From positions 135,532,001-135,596,000 of the forward strand of contig OX597815.1 of assembly GCA_951406725.2 (NCBI GenBank): a DNA stretch of 64,000 nucleotides, written 5' to 3'. Numbering within the stretch: the stretch's first letter is position 1; each line of letters starts with the position of its first letter. The DNA comes from Octopus vulgaris. Lineage: Eukaryota. Position numbers and translations under genes: made by a program. Below are positions 11,542 to 25,246 of this stretch, piece by piece. A model generated the notes under the pieces. It was not told where the DNA came from and made no database searches. It saw nothing but the letters and a program-made list of their open reading frames with translations.

Positions 11542-12679
11542 TTGTTTTTCGCCGAAGCTGAACGTGTTTTGGACATTCCATGAGATGTGCCATGTTTCCC
11601 TTTTTAAAAATCTATTTATATTGCTTATATTGTTCTGCCTTGGACTGATTAACAGTCTTTGTTATATATTCTATGAAGCAAAATTTTAAAAGAATGAAAA
11701 CATTTTCGGAACAGAAAATTCAAAATGTCGTTGTCTTTGTCAAACAGTCAGTAAGAAAGAAAGGTAGGAGGATATTCTGAAGCTGAAATCCTCTTTCGCA
11801 GTCATCTCCTCCCACACAATACTGTAAGACATGAAATTAATTAAAAATTTCAGCAGTAGTGTCAGTAGCATCAACAACAATAATAAACTTAGCAACAACA
11901 ACAACAACAACAACAACAGTAGAAGCAATCAGAACAGTGACATGTCAAGCAAATAACATCACAAACCATCTGTAAATCTACCCTGCCACTATTATTACCA
12001 CCCCAATAAGAAGTTATAATAGTAACGTCAACGACAATATTAACAACACCAGCGGTTGTGAAACACAGCAAATGATCTTTCTTTTGTTAAGATTACAAAT
12101 CTGTCCGATTTCATCCCGTGAAACGATAAGTGTGAACATATAAAAGAGACAAAAATACATATCAACAGTCCAGAACATAGAAAAATTATGCTCAATAAAC
12201 TGCAACATGTTTTAAATTCTGTTTAGATATCTATCGACAAAAAGATAAATTAGAAGCTGAACTCATTTTAAGGAACAAATGCCAAGGCATCAGTTTTGTG
12301 GTACATGCCCATAAGTTCACATATATTTCAGAAGTACTCCACCGTCAAAGACCTGAAGATTTCGTATTAATACCGATTCACATAGAAGTGAGAATGACCC
12401 CAGTAAGAATCTCAAACATTTTCCAGAACTGGTGGGTGGGGAAATGTGTAGCCTTGGGATAGCATAGCCCCTTACTAGAAATAAAAAAGATTTCGAAATA
12501 AAATAGATTAGGTCAGGATGGTACTGGAGATCTTGATTTAGGTGAAACCTGAAACAACAAAATACCTGACTTGATAAAGGTCCAAGAGAGCAGCAACTGA
12601 AAATAGTAGCGGAAAGTAGAAGGTTACGATACTATAACTGTGGAAATACTACTGCCGGACCACGAAACGTTGAGGGGTA

Positions 12680-14200
12680 TCCCATGCAAACTAGGATGTG
12701 CAAGAATTGTGTAGCTATACGCGAAGGATTCCATCAACATAATGTTGGAAATCAAGTTGATCAGCACTGTTCGAAGGGAATACGAGGCGATGGTTGGAGG
12801 GAAAAATCAACCAAGAAAAGTTAGTGGGCCTGTAGCTCGGCACCTTGCTGTCTAACAGCATCGTGGAGCGCTGGCCAGACGCACCAGTTTAATTGTTCGC
12901 GGTCTGGTTTTGTTCAGACCATCAAGTGTAGAAGAACTGGTATGAGTTAACGAGCAGGGTAGCCTGTCACATCCAGAAATTAGTCGAGAGAAAGTCGACC
13001 AGAGATGGCGAACGTTTTACGTCGCCTCCATCGTATTATCACTGGATCGTCATGTTTCGCTTCAGTTAACATCTCACTGGATTGGAAGCGGTACGTTGTA
13101 CTGGTTAGGCGTTCCAATGGTCACCATCTACTACGTTGAAGACTGGGCCTGTCGTGGTTAGTGATGTACAGACATCCGCTGAGGCTGCGGTATTTCCAGC
13201 GTTTCCTTGACGATAAGTAGCAGTGGTTGCCGTTTATCAGACTCACTTTTCCACAGCTCGTCACTTTCCTGGACCTGCAGTCCCAGTTAAACGGAAACCG
13301 AAGCAGGTTGCCTTGCATATACAGTGTCATTAGGCGCCCACAGCTTACTGTCAATCAGGCATTATAGTCGGTGGAAGTTTCACTTTGACATACTATAAGG
13401 GGCAAGTGGCGAACAAAAGTGACAGCATTCTCGGGTAGTCTCTGGGCTTAACGAAAATCAACTGGCTAGGCTGTTCCGGAAAACTTTCGGGTTGGTGCCC
13501 ATGAATAATTTCAGAAATCTCTAGCCTGTTAGTGTAACTGAGGGGAATACCAGTGGGGGAGAAATTGTATAGGTATGAAGTGTCGTCAACCGGAACTACT
13601 CGATTTGCGTACAGAGTGAAGATGTGCACGCACTCATCCAGTTCTCGAGTATTACTGAGTTATGTCAAACCCTTGCTATCGCATATAGGATGGATCCGGC
13701 TATCAGCTGAGTCTATGATAAACATTGTCTCGTTGCCTACCTTTGCCTCGAAAGGACAAGCAGTCTTTATTTGTATGGTGGCCTTAACGAAAGAGGCTGT
13801 GTGGTGGACCATACTAAAAGGTCTGAAGGCAAACACCTTTCCCTTTGGCCAAGCCAACACTAACTTTTTCAAGTTTCACTCGTAAAAGAAACTGAGCGTG
13901 GAGAGGAAAGTGCTGCCTTTCAGTAAATTTGTTGAAAGGTGGAGGAAAATGGCAAGGATGGTCCATGTGAATGGGCCCACTCAAAGCATGTACCTATAAA
14001 TCGAAAGATGAGGATAGGGAGAATGTTCTTCCTGGGGTGATCGGAGTCATCGTAGTTTTATGTGGTTACCATCTGCCGTGTAGCTATCGAAAATTCCCCC
14101 CACCACCACCGCGTTTGGGGATTTTTTTTTAATTGTTTGAATTGTTTTGTACTTTGGTTTCGTTATTTTATTGTTTACACGCCTTCATGTAACTTCATAT
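12680..14200 (+). mobile_element. Decayed L1/Tx1-like LINE (RT end, zinc-finger region, 3' UTR)
   Basis: YEAMVG.KINQEK-like motif (~12781, with a frameshift), HALIQ (~13627), VALTKEAVWWT, ERKVLPFSKFVERWRKMARMVHVNGPTQSMYL*. Confidence 0.7.
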
Positions 14201-14914
14201 GACATTGATTGTATTGTAGCGGCATTTCTTTCGTCTGAGTTCAAATTCTGGTGAAGTCAATTTTGCCTTTCATCCTTTCGGGGTCAATGAAATGAGAACT
14301 GGTTGAATACTAGTCCTTCTACACAAATTTCAGGTTTTGTTCCTATAGTAGAGAGAATTATTAGTACTGTTACTGTTTCATGAAAAAAAATTGGGTGTAT
14401 CTTCTTATAAATAAAAGGTATTGGACTGTTTGAATGTTTGACGTTATAGGTGAAACCAAATGGAGCGAAACCTTGTTTTGAAACTGTGTGTATTTGTGCC
14501 ATTGTCACTTTACAATATTTACTTGCGTTGCTAAATAGTTGTATTAGAAATTACATGAAGAGGTGCTCTTTACAGAAATTATTATCATCATTATATTGTT
14601 ATTGTTGCTATATTGGTGGTGTTAGTAGTTTCTGTAATATAATAAAACAACCAAAATTTCTTTCAAATACGAATAAAGATTTAGAAAAATAACAAATAAC
14701 GTAAAAATTCAATAAACAAAAAGTGCTTACAATTACAGAATGGAAAACATAAATCAAAACTAAAAAAATAGTAAATAATACGAACAACGACAACAACAAC
14801 CCAACATTTGGTATTGTTAGTACTGTTACAATAGTAATAAACTTTGCAGATCACAAGAAGCTCCTCGTCATGTGTTATCTGAAAGAAAAGTGAAAAGAGA
14901 AGATATGGATGATG

Positions 14915-15132
14915 TACGAGGGATGCTGAAAAGATCCTGGCTTTGGGTGAGCAAAAATACAGGAGGATCAGTTAATTACGATTTTATCCAACATATTTCC
15001 CTCTCAGATTCACACTTATTGCAGCAGTCCTTCAGTTTTTCTAAACCCCGTAAAAGAACTTGGAAGGTTCGGCTTCCAACCAGGCCTCTCGCGATACCCT
15101 TAAAGCCAGGAACTTTTCCACACTCCATCGTA
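14915..15132. mobile_element. Mariner-type MITE
   Basis: TA-flanked terminal inverted repeats TACGAGGGATGCTGAAAAGATCCTGGCTTT / AAAGCCAGGAACTTTTCCACACTCCATCGTA. Confidence 0.75.
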
Positions 15133-15899
15133 TGTATGGAAAATCAGTGCCACATTGGTAGCAGAATTTAGCTAGGAAAAGGTGTGTTGAAAGGTGCACA
15201 CATGCGTTTTTGAAACACTGGAGAAATTTTCAGTATGCTATAGAATAGAGAGTGAAGAGTTGAAAAGAACACTGATTAATATGTAGCAAGTAATGTGTCC
15301 TTTGCCCGAGGTATATCATATAGGAGTGCCTGAGGATGAGCCCGGTCTAGGCAGAAATTGTACACGTCTACGAAAAGGCTGCCGCATTAGATGGGAAAAC
15401 AAGGATCAAGGTCGGAGTTACTGGTACTGATACTGACAGTTGGCTTATCACTTTTGTCGTGCAGTATGGTTAGATGGTGGGTGGTGGAGGTGACGTGAAA
15501 GAAACTGTAGTCGAGAGGGGTATCTATGAACTTCTATATCCTAATGGTTCCTTAAGATTACAAGGCTGTACTTGTGGTGTACTCCACTGAGGGAGCGGAA
15601 AGGAGTCAGTGAAAATGATGGTACAAATTAGAAGGCCCAGCTATTACACGTGTAGTATTAAAGTCCACTTGAGGGCCTCTTGCTACCAAGTAGAAGAGAA
15701 ATAGAAAAAAGAAAATAGAATGACAAATATCGGTAGAGTTGGCAACAACAATAAGCTTTGAACTGAAATCTCTGGCTGCTGTTGCTGCTTTTCTATAGCC
15801 ATTTCCCCAGCACGATTAGTCTCAGAAGGAAACGATCTCACTCAATCCTCAAGCTCATCAGCATCGACTCCATAAAAAAAGCAGATAACTAGGCGGAGA

Positions 15900-17400
15900 A
15901 ATGAGGAGCCGACTAATCTCCTGATCTAGCACAGGATGAGCAGCACTATCACCTCATCGCCTTTAGTGCCTTTTAGTGTTGGTGGTTGAATGGGACGTCA
16001 TTTTGAACGCACATCTGGATTGTGTAAGACTAGCTAAGAGAGATAGTTGGAAAAGCCTCGCAGTCCTGCTCAGTCATTTCCAACTGACTAACAGACACCG
16101 AGTTGATTTCAAATGAGGATACAGGAAACAGCATCGGCCATCCAGATTTGTATCTAAACAGAGTATTCTGTATGCCAGCAAGAAGGCATAGCATAGGTTG
16201 TCCATAATTCAAAGTGATCGGCTATATAAGTCGCAAATTTTTAATCTGTACAGTTGACATAGATTGGCTGCAAAGACAGGGACTCGCTTATAGGAAATTG
16301 GACACACCTTTCTCGGTGCGCTAAAATTACAGAAACCGACTTAATGAACTTGTTAAAAGTGAGTTTGACAAAGTAGTCGTCAACAATCGATTGTAGTTAG
16401 TTCCTAAAAGGGCTATTAGATAAGAATCGGTAAAGTTTTATTAGAAGACAAACAATTCTAGAGAAAAGGGAAAACTAGTTAGTAATATAGAAGAGGGGCT
16501 TTAGAAAGGCATTGCGGTTGATGTACTGGTGGAAAGATTGGCTTTTGTTGGATTCCTCAGTGCTGAGTACGAAAATTGTGTTGTTAGAGGGGAAAATGAC
16601 CTGACAGACGCTCCTGCTTTCTGCTGTTAGGGCAATGCGGGCGGTGGATGTTACACTATGGTGTTCTATAGTAAGATTAGCGTTGAGTAAGAGCAACGAC
16701 GTCCTCAAGTAAACTCAGGGTGTCGATGAAAACCAGCTAGAAGATATTTTCCGATGATCATTCGGGTTGGAGCATATGGATAACTTCCAGAAATCCTTTG
16801 TTTGTCAGTTTGGGATAAACTCCACGTGATGCGTGCTGAGAGATGAAATCATCCCTTATGCTTTCGTGTAGTGCCCGAACATTGCTGATTTGAGAAGGAT
16901 CTGGTTATCGACCGACCCCATCGTGAAAATCGTCCGGTCGCCTTCTTTTGGCCAGTAAGGAAAGAAAGTTTCCCTATATCTTGTAGCTATGGCGAAAAAG
17001 GTGTGGCGGACAGACATTTGCCTTTTCGGCAGAACCCTAACTGACTTTTTCAAGTTCCCTTTCAAGTGAACTTGAAAGAAAGTGAGAATGAAAAGAGATA
17101 TTGCTCACACCCGCCAGCTAATTTATGAAAAGGTGGGTGATTGTGGCGAGAATAGCACGAGTGAATGGACTTACTTCAAGCATGCGCTTGGAGGCCTAAA
17201 ATTACATAGGAGAGCAGAACACTTGTTACGGTACTCCTGATGAACAAGGTGAATTGGGTTCTGTGGGGTTCCTTGGTCGCCTCTGGATGGCGTTTCTCCC
17301 TATCGAGGATTTTGCGCTATGGTTTTTTTTTTGTTTACACGCATTTTGTATTAAGCCCCACTTGTACCTTGTTGTTTTATAATTCCTTTGTCTTGTGTTC
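15900..17400 (+). mobile_element. Second, heavily deleted L1/Tx1-like LINE
   Basis: 3' part (16790-17300) aligns by eye to 13510-14050 (TTTTTCAAGTT, AAAAGGTGG, GTGAATGG, CAAGCATG); APE-like fragments near 16000-16240. Confidence 0.55.
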
Positions 17401-18159
17401 TGCCCCTGTATTATTGTTATTACACTTATATGATGGCATATATATATATTTTAGATTCTTTTGTACCACATCCTTCTCATTAACATCAACTACTTCCACT
17501 CAAATCATACGTATTAGGAAACATGGGCACTTTAGACCTTACTTTATAAATATTAAAAAGACTTGCGTGTGTGTTGTATAATACATTTTAATCAAACACA
17601 TGTTTAGCTATATTTTCTAGTATTGTCAAGCTACTGAAAGCTCGGCTTCTAGATAAACTTTAGCTTTTTTCTGACAATAACTCCTTTTCAAATGTCCAGT
17701 ATTAATTGTATTTCTAAAGAGATAAATCAAAAAAAGAATTATTCTATGGGAGGTTTTTTTTAAAATTAAATTTCGAGAAAAGGCTGAGTCGATTAACTCA
17801 ACCTCAGGACAGCTCTTAGATTTATCGTTGTTTAGCTTCACACCATTGATGGTCTGGGAGATCTATCATTTCTAGTTGTAACTATACCCTAGAGTTTATC
17901 TATATTCATGAGTACATTATTCAATGAGTTCTTTCTATTTCTAAAACTGTAGAGCATAATTTGAGAGAGATTTACCTATTATTTCAAGCCATTTGATGAC
18001 CCGCATAACAGCTCCTCCCGTTAGCACGTGCCTCGCAGTTATATTATCGATCCAGGAGGGATGAAAGACAAATTCCGTTAGCGTGATTTGAATTCAAAAT
18101 GTAGAGGGATGAAATTGGGTACAACAAAGTATTAATTCCCAATATTCTAAAATGCTTGC

Positions 18160-18570
18160 CTCATCCATATGGTGAGACTACGCATCGAATATTTTAACAC
18201 CAATTAGGGACCACTCTTTAACAAGGATCAGAAATCTGTGGAAAATGTTCAAAGGGAAAAACCATCAATTTGATTACACCTTGTAAAAAATGCAGTATAG
18301 AGGAGTTAGAATCAAAGCACTTGGTTTACCTTGAGTGGTCGACAGTCGAAGATGGGGGTGATATAATATACGCTCTTACGATAATAACAGGGAAAAGCAA
18401 CATCAGCAAAGACGCTATCTTCACATTTCATCAGTCATCAACTAGCGACCATTAATATAAATTAAAGAAGCGTTGTAACAAGCTAATATGACAACAAACC
18501 TCAAAAAGGATCAATGCAATCTGGAATCGATTAGTAAACGTAGTTGTCAAGTTGAAGACAAGTATCAAAC
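18160..18570 (+). mobile_element. CR1/L2-like LINE 3' RT remnant
   Basis: MVRLRIEY..KDQKSVENVQR, then GGDII in another frame. Confidence 0.65.
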
Positions 18571-19136
18571 AAAAAGGTGGGGAGCTTGATGAATGTTACA
18601 AGAATATTAAACCCGAAGCACCTCTCTAATATTCAGGAAAGAAGTATTAAGAACAAATTAGTTTGTCTATCAAAAGTAATAAAAATAAATAAAATAACGT
18701 CAGCAACCTCTAAAGTAACAGTTTCTTACATTGGTATACGGCTATACGTTTATATGAGTAGATATAGTGGGTATATTGAATAAACATGTATATATCTGGT
18801 ACTTATTCTCCCTGGGAGGAACAAAGAGCAAAATCAACCCAGACAACGATTTTGTCAATTCACTGTTTTATTGCTACTACTACTAATGATAATTTCAAAT
18901 TTTGGCACAAGGCCAGCAACCTCGGTTAAGTAAGTCGATTATATCGACTCCAGTATTCAACTGGTACTGGTTTTGTCGATGAAAGTCAAAGTCGAGCTCG
19001 GCGTTCGCACCGAATTCGCATTATAACTGACTCTACTCTGCGAATCCACTATTTTCTGATACTCTTTTATTATTGCAATAAGTAGCGGCTTTGTTGATTA
19101 TCATCTCCTCGGAAAATATATTAAAAATTAATCCAT

Positions 19137-19560
19137 TTACGCCTCATCGAGCTTGTTGAAGAGGAAATGGTGTAGTCGCAATTTGGTAAACTTTCCAATG
19201 TGTTTATATATAAGTTTTGTATGCAAATGTAAAGCTACTTCTAAAAAGTTGATTGTGTTTATATTCACGGCTACAGTTATACTGAGTATTGATTCTTTGA
19301 AAGAACTGATTAAAACTTTTCTAGAACTGGTTAAACCATGTCCAATAATATTTACCGATATGACTAAGACATCATCTCTGTAAAGACCTATATCTTTGGC
19401 TTCACATCCTGCATGATGTAAAATGTATAATCCGACCAATTGGCAAACTTCTGTGCCATACAAAAACTTCTTACTACTATCAAAAGGTCCATTGTTGTTT
19501 TTCATCAATGCTAGATCCTTCTGAAACAGGAGATATTTTTAGAATGCACAATAGTTTCAG
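19137..19560 (-). mobile_element. Penelope-like (Naiad-type) RT remnant
   Basis: ORF 19137-19508 contains GTEVCQLVGLYILH, IGLYRDDVL and ITVAVNINTINFLEVAL. Confidence 0.8.
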
Positions 19561-20892
19561 TATCGCTACTAGTTCCGTGATCAGTAATGCATTTTTATGA
19601 TGCATTTATATTTGTAGTGTATATATATCAGCTCCAACTATATCTAATACTCCAATTGTAATGTAGGCAATTTCTACATTTATATACATTTTATCAGTAT
19701 CTCTAGATCACTGTAATTTAATTATATTTCACTTTTGATCTGAGATATATCAAAGCCATTAAGGATCACTATATTGATAAAGATACATTGTTTTCCAACT
19801 CATTATTGAATGCATGTATAGTTTGCTTTGGTTTCTCTATTCTTGTATAGGCATACCCTTGAGCTGTTGCTGCGCTTGATACTAAACCTCAGCGAAGCTC
19901 TGATCATGTAGCCCGCTTTCAGAAAATATTCCAGCTGCTCTCATTTATCTTATGTTGAACTACATTATCTAATAGTCGTTCTCTTTTTAAGACGATAATT
20001 TTGATCGAAGAAGATTTAATTGCTATTTCTAGCAGGCTAAATGACTAAGTAAAAATCCTCTTGTCTCGTTGGCTTATGACTCAGTAGCGAATATATAAAA
20101 GCATAAATAAGCAATTCACTCGCTAGAGTATAGTGTCATCTTATTTTTCTGTTACAGTTTTTTTTTAACGGAATGCTTATGTGTCTTCTTTTGCAGTCCA
20201 ACTTGTATTTGTAAGTATAATACATATTGCTTTCTGAGTCATGCATTGGATGAGAGAAACGGTGAAATGACTGACAAAATGACCTGTAGTATTTAGTCCT
20301 GATTTCAAATCTTGCCAAGTTTAACTCCGCCTTTGAAACTTTTCAGTCAGTCGTGTAGTGTTTGTATTTGTGGCTTTTTATGGATATATCAACTTTTCTT
20401 GCTTTGGTCTTTTTTTTCTTTCTGCCTTTCATTTATTAATTCATTCATTTTTCTCCTCAATCGCCCCTCCTCTCTTCCTTCGCTAATACGTCTAACAAGA
20501 CTAGACAAATGGCGCCGCTAGTCACGCTAATAATGTTTATTAAATTATATAGACAATACAGAGTTGGGAAAAGAACAAAAACAAATGAAAACATATATTC
20601 CATTATGAAATAAAACTAGTAACGTATCTATAAAATGCTCTCATTTATTTGTGCAATTCACGCTTGAATAAGATAATAATAATAATAATAATAATGGTGA
20701 TTTGTTTAACATTGGCACAAGGCCAAAATTTTGGGAGGAGAAGAGTTGATTAAATCGACCGTGTATATTACTGGTACTTTAACGAAACTGGAGAATGCAT
20801 TGCAGGGATTTAAATTCGGAGTGTAGTGTAACGGAACTGAATACATTTAATGCATGTTATGATTTTTGTCATTCACATTTTTTTGCAAACAC

Positions 20893-21113
20893 TATTGTTT
20901 CTAAGTTAGGCAAACGGCCAGCAATATTGAGATGGGGAAGCTGGATGATTATACCGACTTCAGCACTTGGCTGATAATTTGTTTTATCGACTACGAAAGG
21001 ATGAAAGGCAAAATTGACCTTGGCGCAGGATTTGAAATTTGAATGTAGACAAAGAAAAATACTGCAAGGCATTTTTGCGATGCTCTAGCGATATTCTACA
21101 AAGCTCGCTGCCA
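20893..21113 (-). mobile_element. Nin-like SINE, diverged
   Basis: TTTTATCGACTACGAAAGGATGAAAGGCAAAATTGACC. Confidence 0.7.
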
Positions 21114-21114
21114 T

Positions 21115-21123
21115 ACCACCACC

Positions 21124-21199
<76 letters not shown>

Positions 21200-21200
21200 T

Positions 21201-21257
<57 letters not shown>

Positions 21258-21305
21258 CGCTGCTGCTGCTGCTGATGATAATGATGGTGATGATGATGGT
21301 GATGG
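21115..21305. repeat. Compound trinucleotide microsatellite (CAC/TAC/TGC/GAT)
   Basis: Direct inspection. Confidence 0.95.
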
Positions 21306-21419
21306 TCGCTCCCATCGGTTTCGACATATGAGTGTTTGAAAGAGGGGACTTCAAGTTAAAGTTAAAGAGAGGAATGGAAGGAAAGAAAAAAAACTCCACT
21401 AAGAAGCTGCATATATTTG

Positions 21420-21707
21420 CGATGGATGCGTGAATGTAATTCGAGTCCAGGTATGGATTTTGTAATGAAGTTGTAATGGGAGGTTGATAAATTTAATTTT
21501 GCCTGGGATTGGGCAAATGTGTCTGTTGGTTGCAGGATGTAGTTATTCTATCGTTCTTTTTTTTCTTCAACTCAAATTGTTTTGGATGCATCTTGACACA
21601 TTTTACGCCATGCAGATCGATCTAGGCAATGACTTCCCCAAGATGTCAAGTTAAACTGTAGAGATTTTAGTGATTGCTTCAACCTATCCTTATACTTAAA
21701 GACAGGT
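21420..21707 (-). mobile_element. RTE-type LINE 3' end remnant
   Basis: GPVFKYKDRLKQSLKSLQFNLTSWGSHCLDRSAWRKMC, typical of the RTE C-terminus. Confidence 0.75.
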
Positions 21708-22073
21708 CCTCTTCTTCTTCTTCCTCCTCCTCCTCCTCCTCCTCCTCCTCCTCTTCCTCCTCCTCCTCCTCCTCCTCCTCCTCTTCCTCTCCTCCTCTTC
21801 CTCTCCTCCTCTTCCTCCCCGCCTCCTCTCCCTCCCCCCTCCTCTTCCTCCTCCTCTTCCTCCCCGCCTCCTCTTCCTCTCCTCCTCTTCCTCCCCGCCT
21901 CCTCTTCCTCTCCTCCTCTTCCTCCCCGCCTCCTCTTCCTCCCCGCCTCCTCTTCCTCTCCTCCTCTTCCTCCCAGCCTCCTCTCCCTCTCCCCCTTCCC
22001 TCCCCCTTCCCCCCTCTCCCCTTCCCCCTCCTCCTCTCCCTCTCCCCTCCTCCTCCTCCTACTCCTCCTCCTC

Positions 22074-22140
<67 letters not shown>

Positions 22141-22166
22141 AAAAAACTAAAAAAACTAATAATAAC

Positions 22167-22200
<34 letters not shown>
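21708..22200. repeat. (CCT)n-rich polypyrimidine tract followed by (TAC)n and (AAT)n
   Basis: Direct inspection. Confidence 0.95.
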
Positions 22201-22203
<3 letters not shown>

Positions 22204-22758
22204 GCCCTGATGCAGTACCAGGCAGTGGCTCTCATGGCTTCTGATCTTAACTGATTGGAAGTGTTATCATGTACATTGTTTTGTCTTGGTATAAAAGATG
22301 GGCTACAGCAAATATTCTGCTCAATACCACAGATTTGCTTGTCAGTTGTTTGACCTTAACCAGTTGAGCATGTCCCTTAGTGGCTGACGATATGTGCATC
22401 TCTGATCACTGGCAGAAGTAGTGGGGGAGCATCATAGCCATGTGTTGAGAGGGATTCTTTTGGGGTTTGAATAGTTTACCTCTGGAAACATGGGTGGTTC
22501 TTTCAACATCCTTAAACAACCCTTATTCAGGGACCGTTTGAGCGGGATGGGCTACTCAACCTGAAGAAAATTCTAACTGGGCCCCACCTGCAAGGTCATG
22601 TGCTGTTTATCTTGATATGAGATCACCATGTCGCGCACATATGGTTGTGATGCATGTACCTGGTGTACCTTTATCAGACGGGTAGTCATGATGGGTATAT
22701 TGGGCTTCGTATATTTTACCCCAGTGTCACTTTGATGGCATGAACTGCTCTCTCACTC

Positions 22759-22760
<2 letters not shown>
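22201..22760. mobile_element. ~560 bp non-coding interspersed repeat flanked by (AAT)n on both sides
   Basis: High-identity copies at 40776-41163 and 53848-54248 (inverted), all within AAT/ATT tracts. Confidence 0.85.
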
Positions 22761-22792
<32 letters not shown>

Positions 22793-22817
22793 TTAATAAT
22801 AATAATAATAGTAATAA

Positions 22818-23262
22818 TTCTTTCTACTATAAGTACAAGGTCTAACATTTTGGAGGCGGGGTACAGTCAATTACATCGATCCCAGTGCTTAACGGGTACT
22901 TATTTTATTGACCTCGAAAGGATGAAAGGCAAAATCGACCTCGGCGGAATTTTAACTCAGAACATAAAGACGGACGAAATAACACTAAGCATTTCGCCCG
23001 GCATGCTAACGATTCTGCCAGCTCACCGCTTTTCAATGATAATAATAATCCTTTCTACTGAAGGCACAAGACCTGACATTTTGGGGAAGAGGATTAGTCG
23101 ATTGCATTGACCCCAGTGTTTCACTGGTACTTCATTTATCGACCTCGAAAGGACGAAAGGCAAAGTTAACTTCGATGGAATTTGAACCCAGAGCTTAAAG
23201 GTGGATGAAATGCTGCTAAGCACTTTGCTCGGCGCACTAACGATTCTGCTAGCTCGTAGCCT
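22818..23262 (-). mobile_element. Two tandem Nin-like SINEs
   Basis: CGAAAGGATGAAAGGCAAAATCGACCTCGGCGGAATTT and a second unit. Confidence 0.85.
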
Positions 23263-23279
23263 TAATAATAATAATAATA

Positions 23280-23310
<31 letters not shown>

Positions 23311-23312
23311 TC

Positions 23313-23392
<80 letters not shown>

Positions 23393-23404
23393 TAGTAACC
23401 CCAC

Positions 23405-23473
<69 letters not shown>

Positions 23474-23487
23474 CATTATTTATTATT
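23263..23487. repeat. (AAT)n abutting (ATT)n (self-complementary microsatellite)
   Basis: Strand switch near 23358. Confidence 0.9.
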
Positions 23488-23559
23488 AGCAAAAAGACAA
23501 ATGACAGTACAGGAAGAGACAATATAATGTGAGTACATGAAAATGTGTGAACAGCAAAA

Positions 23560-24590
23560 TAAAATATTAAGAAACAAAATGTACAAACAAGAAATAATCC
23601 CCTAAAAGCGAGTGAGACTCCTGAGGGCTGCATGTGGAACTTTACAAAGCCAGAGTTACTCTGACCGCTAAAGCAAATACCTTCTTTCCACCCTTCTTCT
23701 TCAACCAACAGGCACATGTTGAGAGCAGGCCCATTCATTCGAAACATCCTTGTCAGTCTTATCTTTATTTCAAGAAATTTATTGGAAAGCAGTAATTTCA
23801 TCGCTCTCACTTTTCGTTCCCAGTGAAATCTGGAAAATTTCACGAGGCCCGGCTGAAGACGAAGGTGTTTGTCTTCAATACTTTCAGTTTGGCCCACTAC
23901 ACAAAGTCATTAAACAAATAAATACTGCCTGTCCAATGGACACAGCTAATACCCACATTCAATCTTTATGCGACAGTCTAGTAATGCTTGCAGGTCCAGG
24001 ATTACATTGGCGTGTAAGAGTAAATAGTCTGACCCAATAGTGTTCTCTGGCTTACAATCGCATGCTAAGAATAAAGTCACTCATTCTCACCCTACGCTTT
24101 TCTATTCATCTGGAAATTTACTGAAGATCAGTATATCCCTTTCTGCGTCACCTTCTTCTCAAAGTCGAACTTAAAGTTAATGAACGTTGGAACGAAGAGG
24201 AAAGTAGCACTCCTCAGTTCTTTAATCTTGTTCACCATACATTCAATTTTCGCCATAACTTTCACACAGAGAAAAATTTTCCACCTCGTTCAGTTTTTCA
24301 GAGAAATACTGAAAGCAGGCGATATTCAAAATGGAGTCGACTGATTGCCGAAGCTTTTAGGCGATAACAACTGAATTCCACGTAAGACCACAAGTCAGTA
24401 ATACATGGCCACTAAACGAATGAGTGCAGGGTGTTTTTTTTTCGTTCTGCGTGCACCTCGGACAATGTTCGAGTCTTCCCGAACACGTCATCGCTCTGAT
24501 CAAGCATCACCTTCCAATAGTATATTAGGGTTAACGTTCTGGAAAAGAGATGCTACAAATCTGCCCCATAAAAGTGTTTTGATATAGACT
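23560..24590 (-). mobile_element. Third L1/Tx1-like LINE 3' remnant
   Basis: ERKVRAMK..NKFLE..RLTRMFRMNGPALNMCL resembles 13890-14000; upstream HCPRCTQNE zinc-finger-like segment. Confidence 0.6.
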
Positions 24591-25246
24591 TAGTATATTG
24601 AAAATATTGATTTAGAACAAGAACAAGTTTATGTCTGCGAGAATAAAAATTAACAAGACAAGATACAAGTATCTAGAATAAAGATGAAATTTTACAAAAG
24701 TGATTCATACATTTAAGTAATACACACTGAAAGACTAAATAAGGTAATAAATATTTATACATTACTAGTGTCAAGTTTCATGTGATAAAGTGGAAGATTA
24801 ATGAACTGATGAGATTAAAGTGAAGAGAAAAAACCCCCAATTAAATTATATTATTTAGAATATACTTTATAAATGTCAAACTTAAGACTTATGTTGCTTA
24901 AATGCAGACCAACCTCAATGAAATAAACTTATGGTCAAAAGGAGTCTGGTCATGACTTTACCGTTTTATTTTCTCTAGCATTGTTTCCAAAATTCAGTGT
25001 GTACTTCAATATTGCTTGTGATGTGTGCGTGTGATTTGAAGAAATTTTAGCTACAATTCTAGCAGGCCGAGTGAACACGTGAAGGCATCAGCTTTGCGTG
25101 GAATATTCATTCACATACTTCATTGTATATACTAAATAGTGGTGGTGGTAGTGGTAAGACGGTAGTAATGGTGGTAGGGTGGTGATGTGATGTTCGTGGT
25201 GGTTGCTGTTTTAGTTTTTGATCTTGTTTAATATACTCCAGATACA

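Noticed and set aside
15325-15366. CTGAGGA...GAAA hammerhead-like spacing
   Set aside because: Stem II out of register, no convincing stem III or stem I
21572-22168. 198-aa and 158-aa ORFs
   Set aside because: Microsatellite translation joined to an RTE fragment
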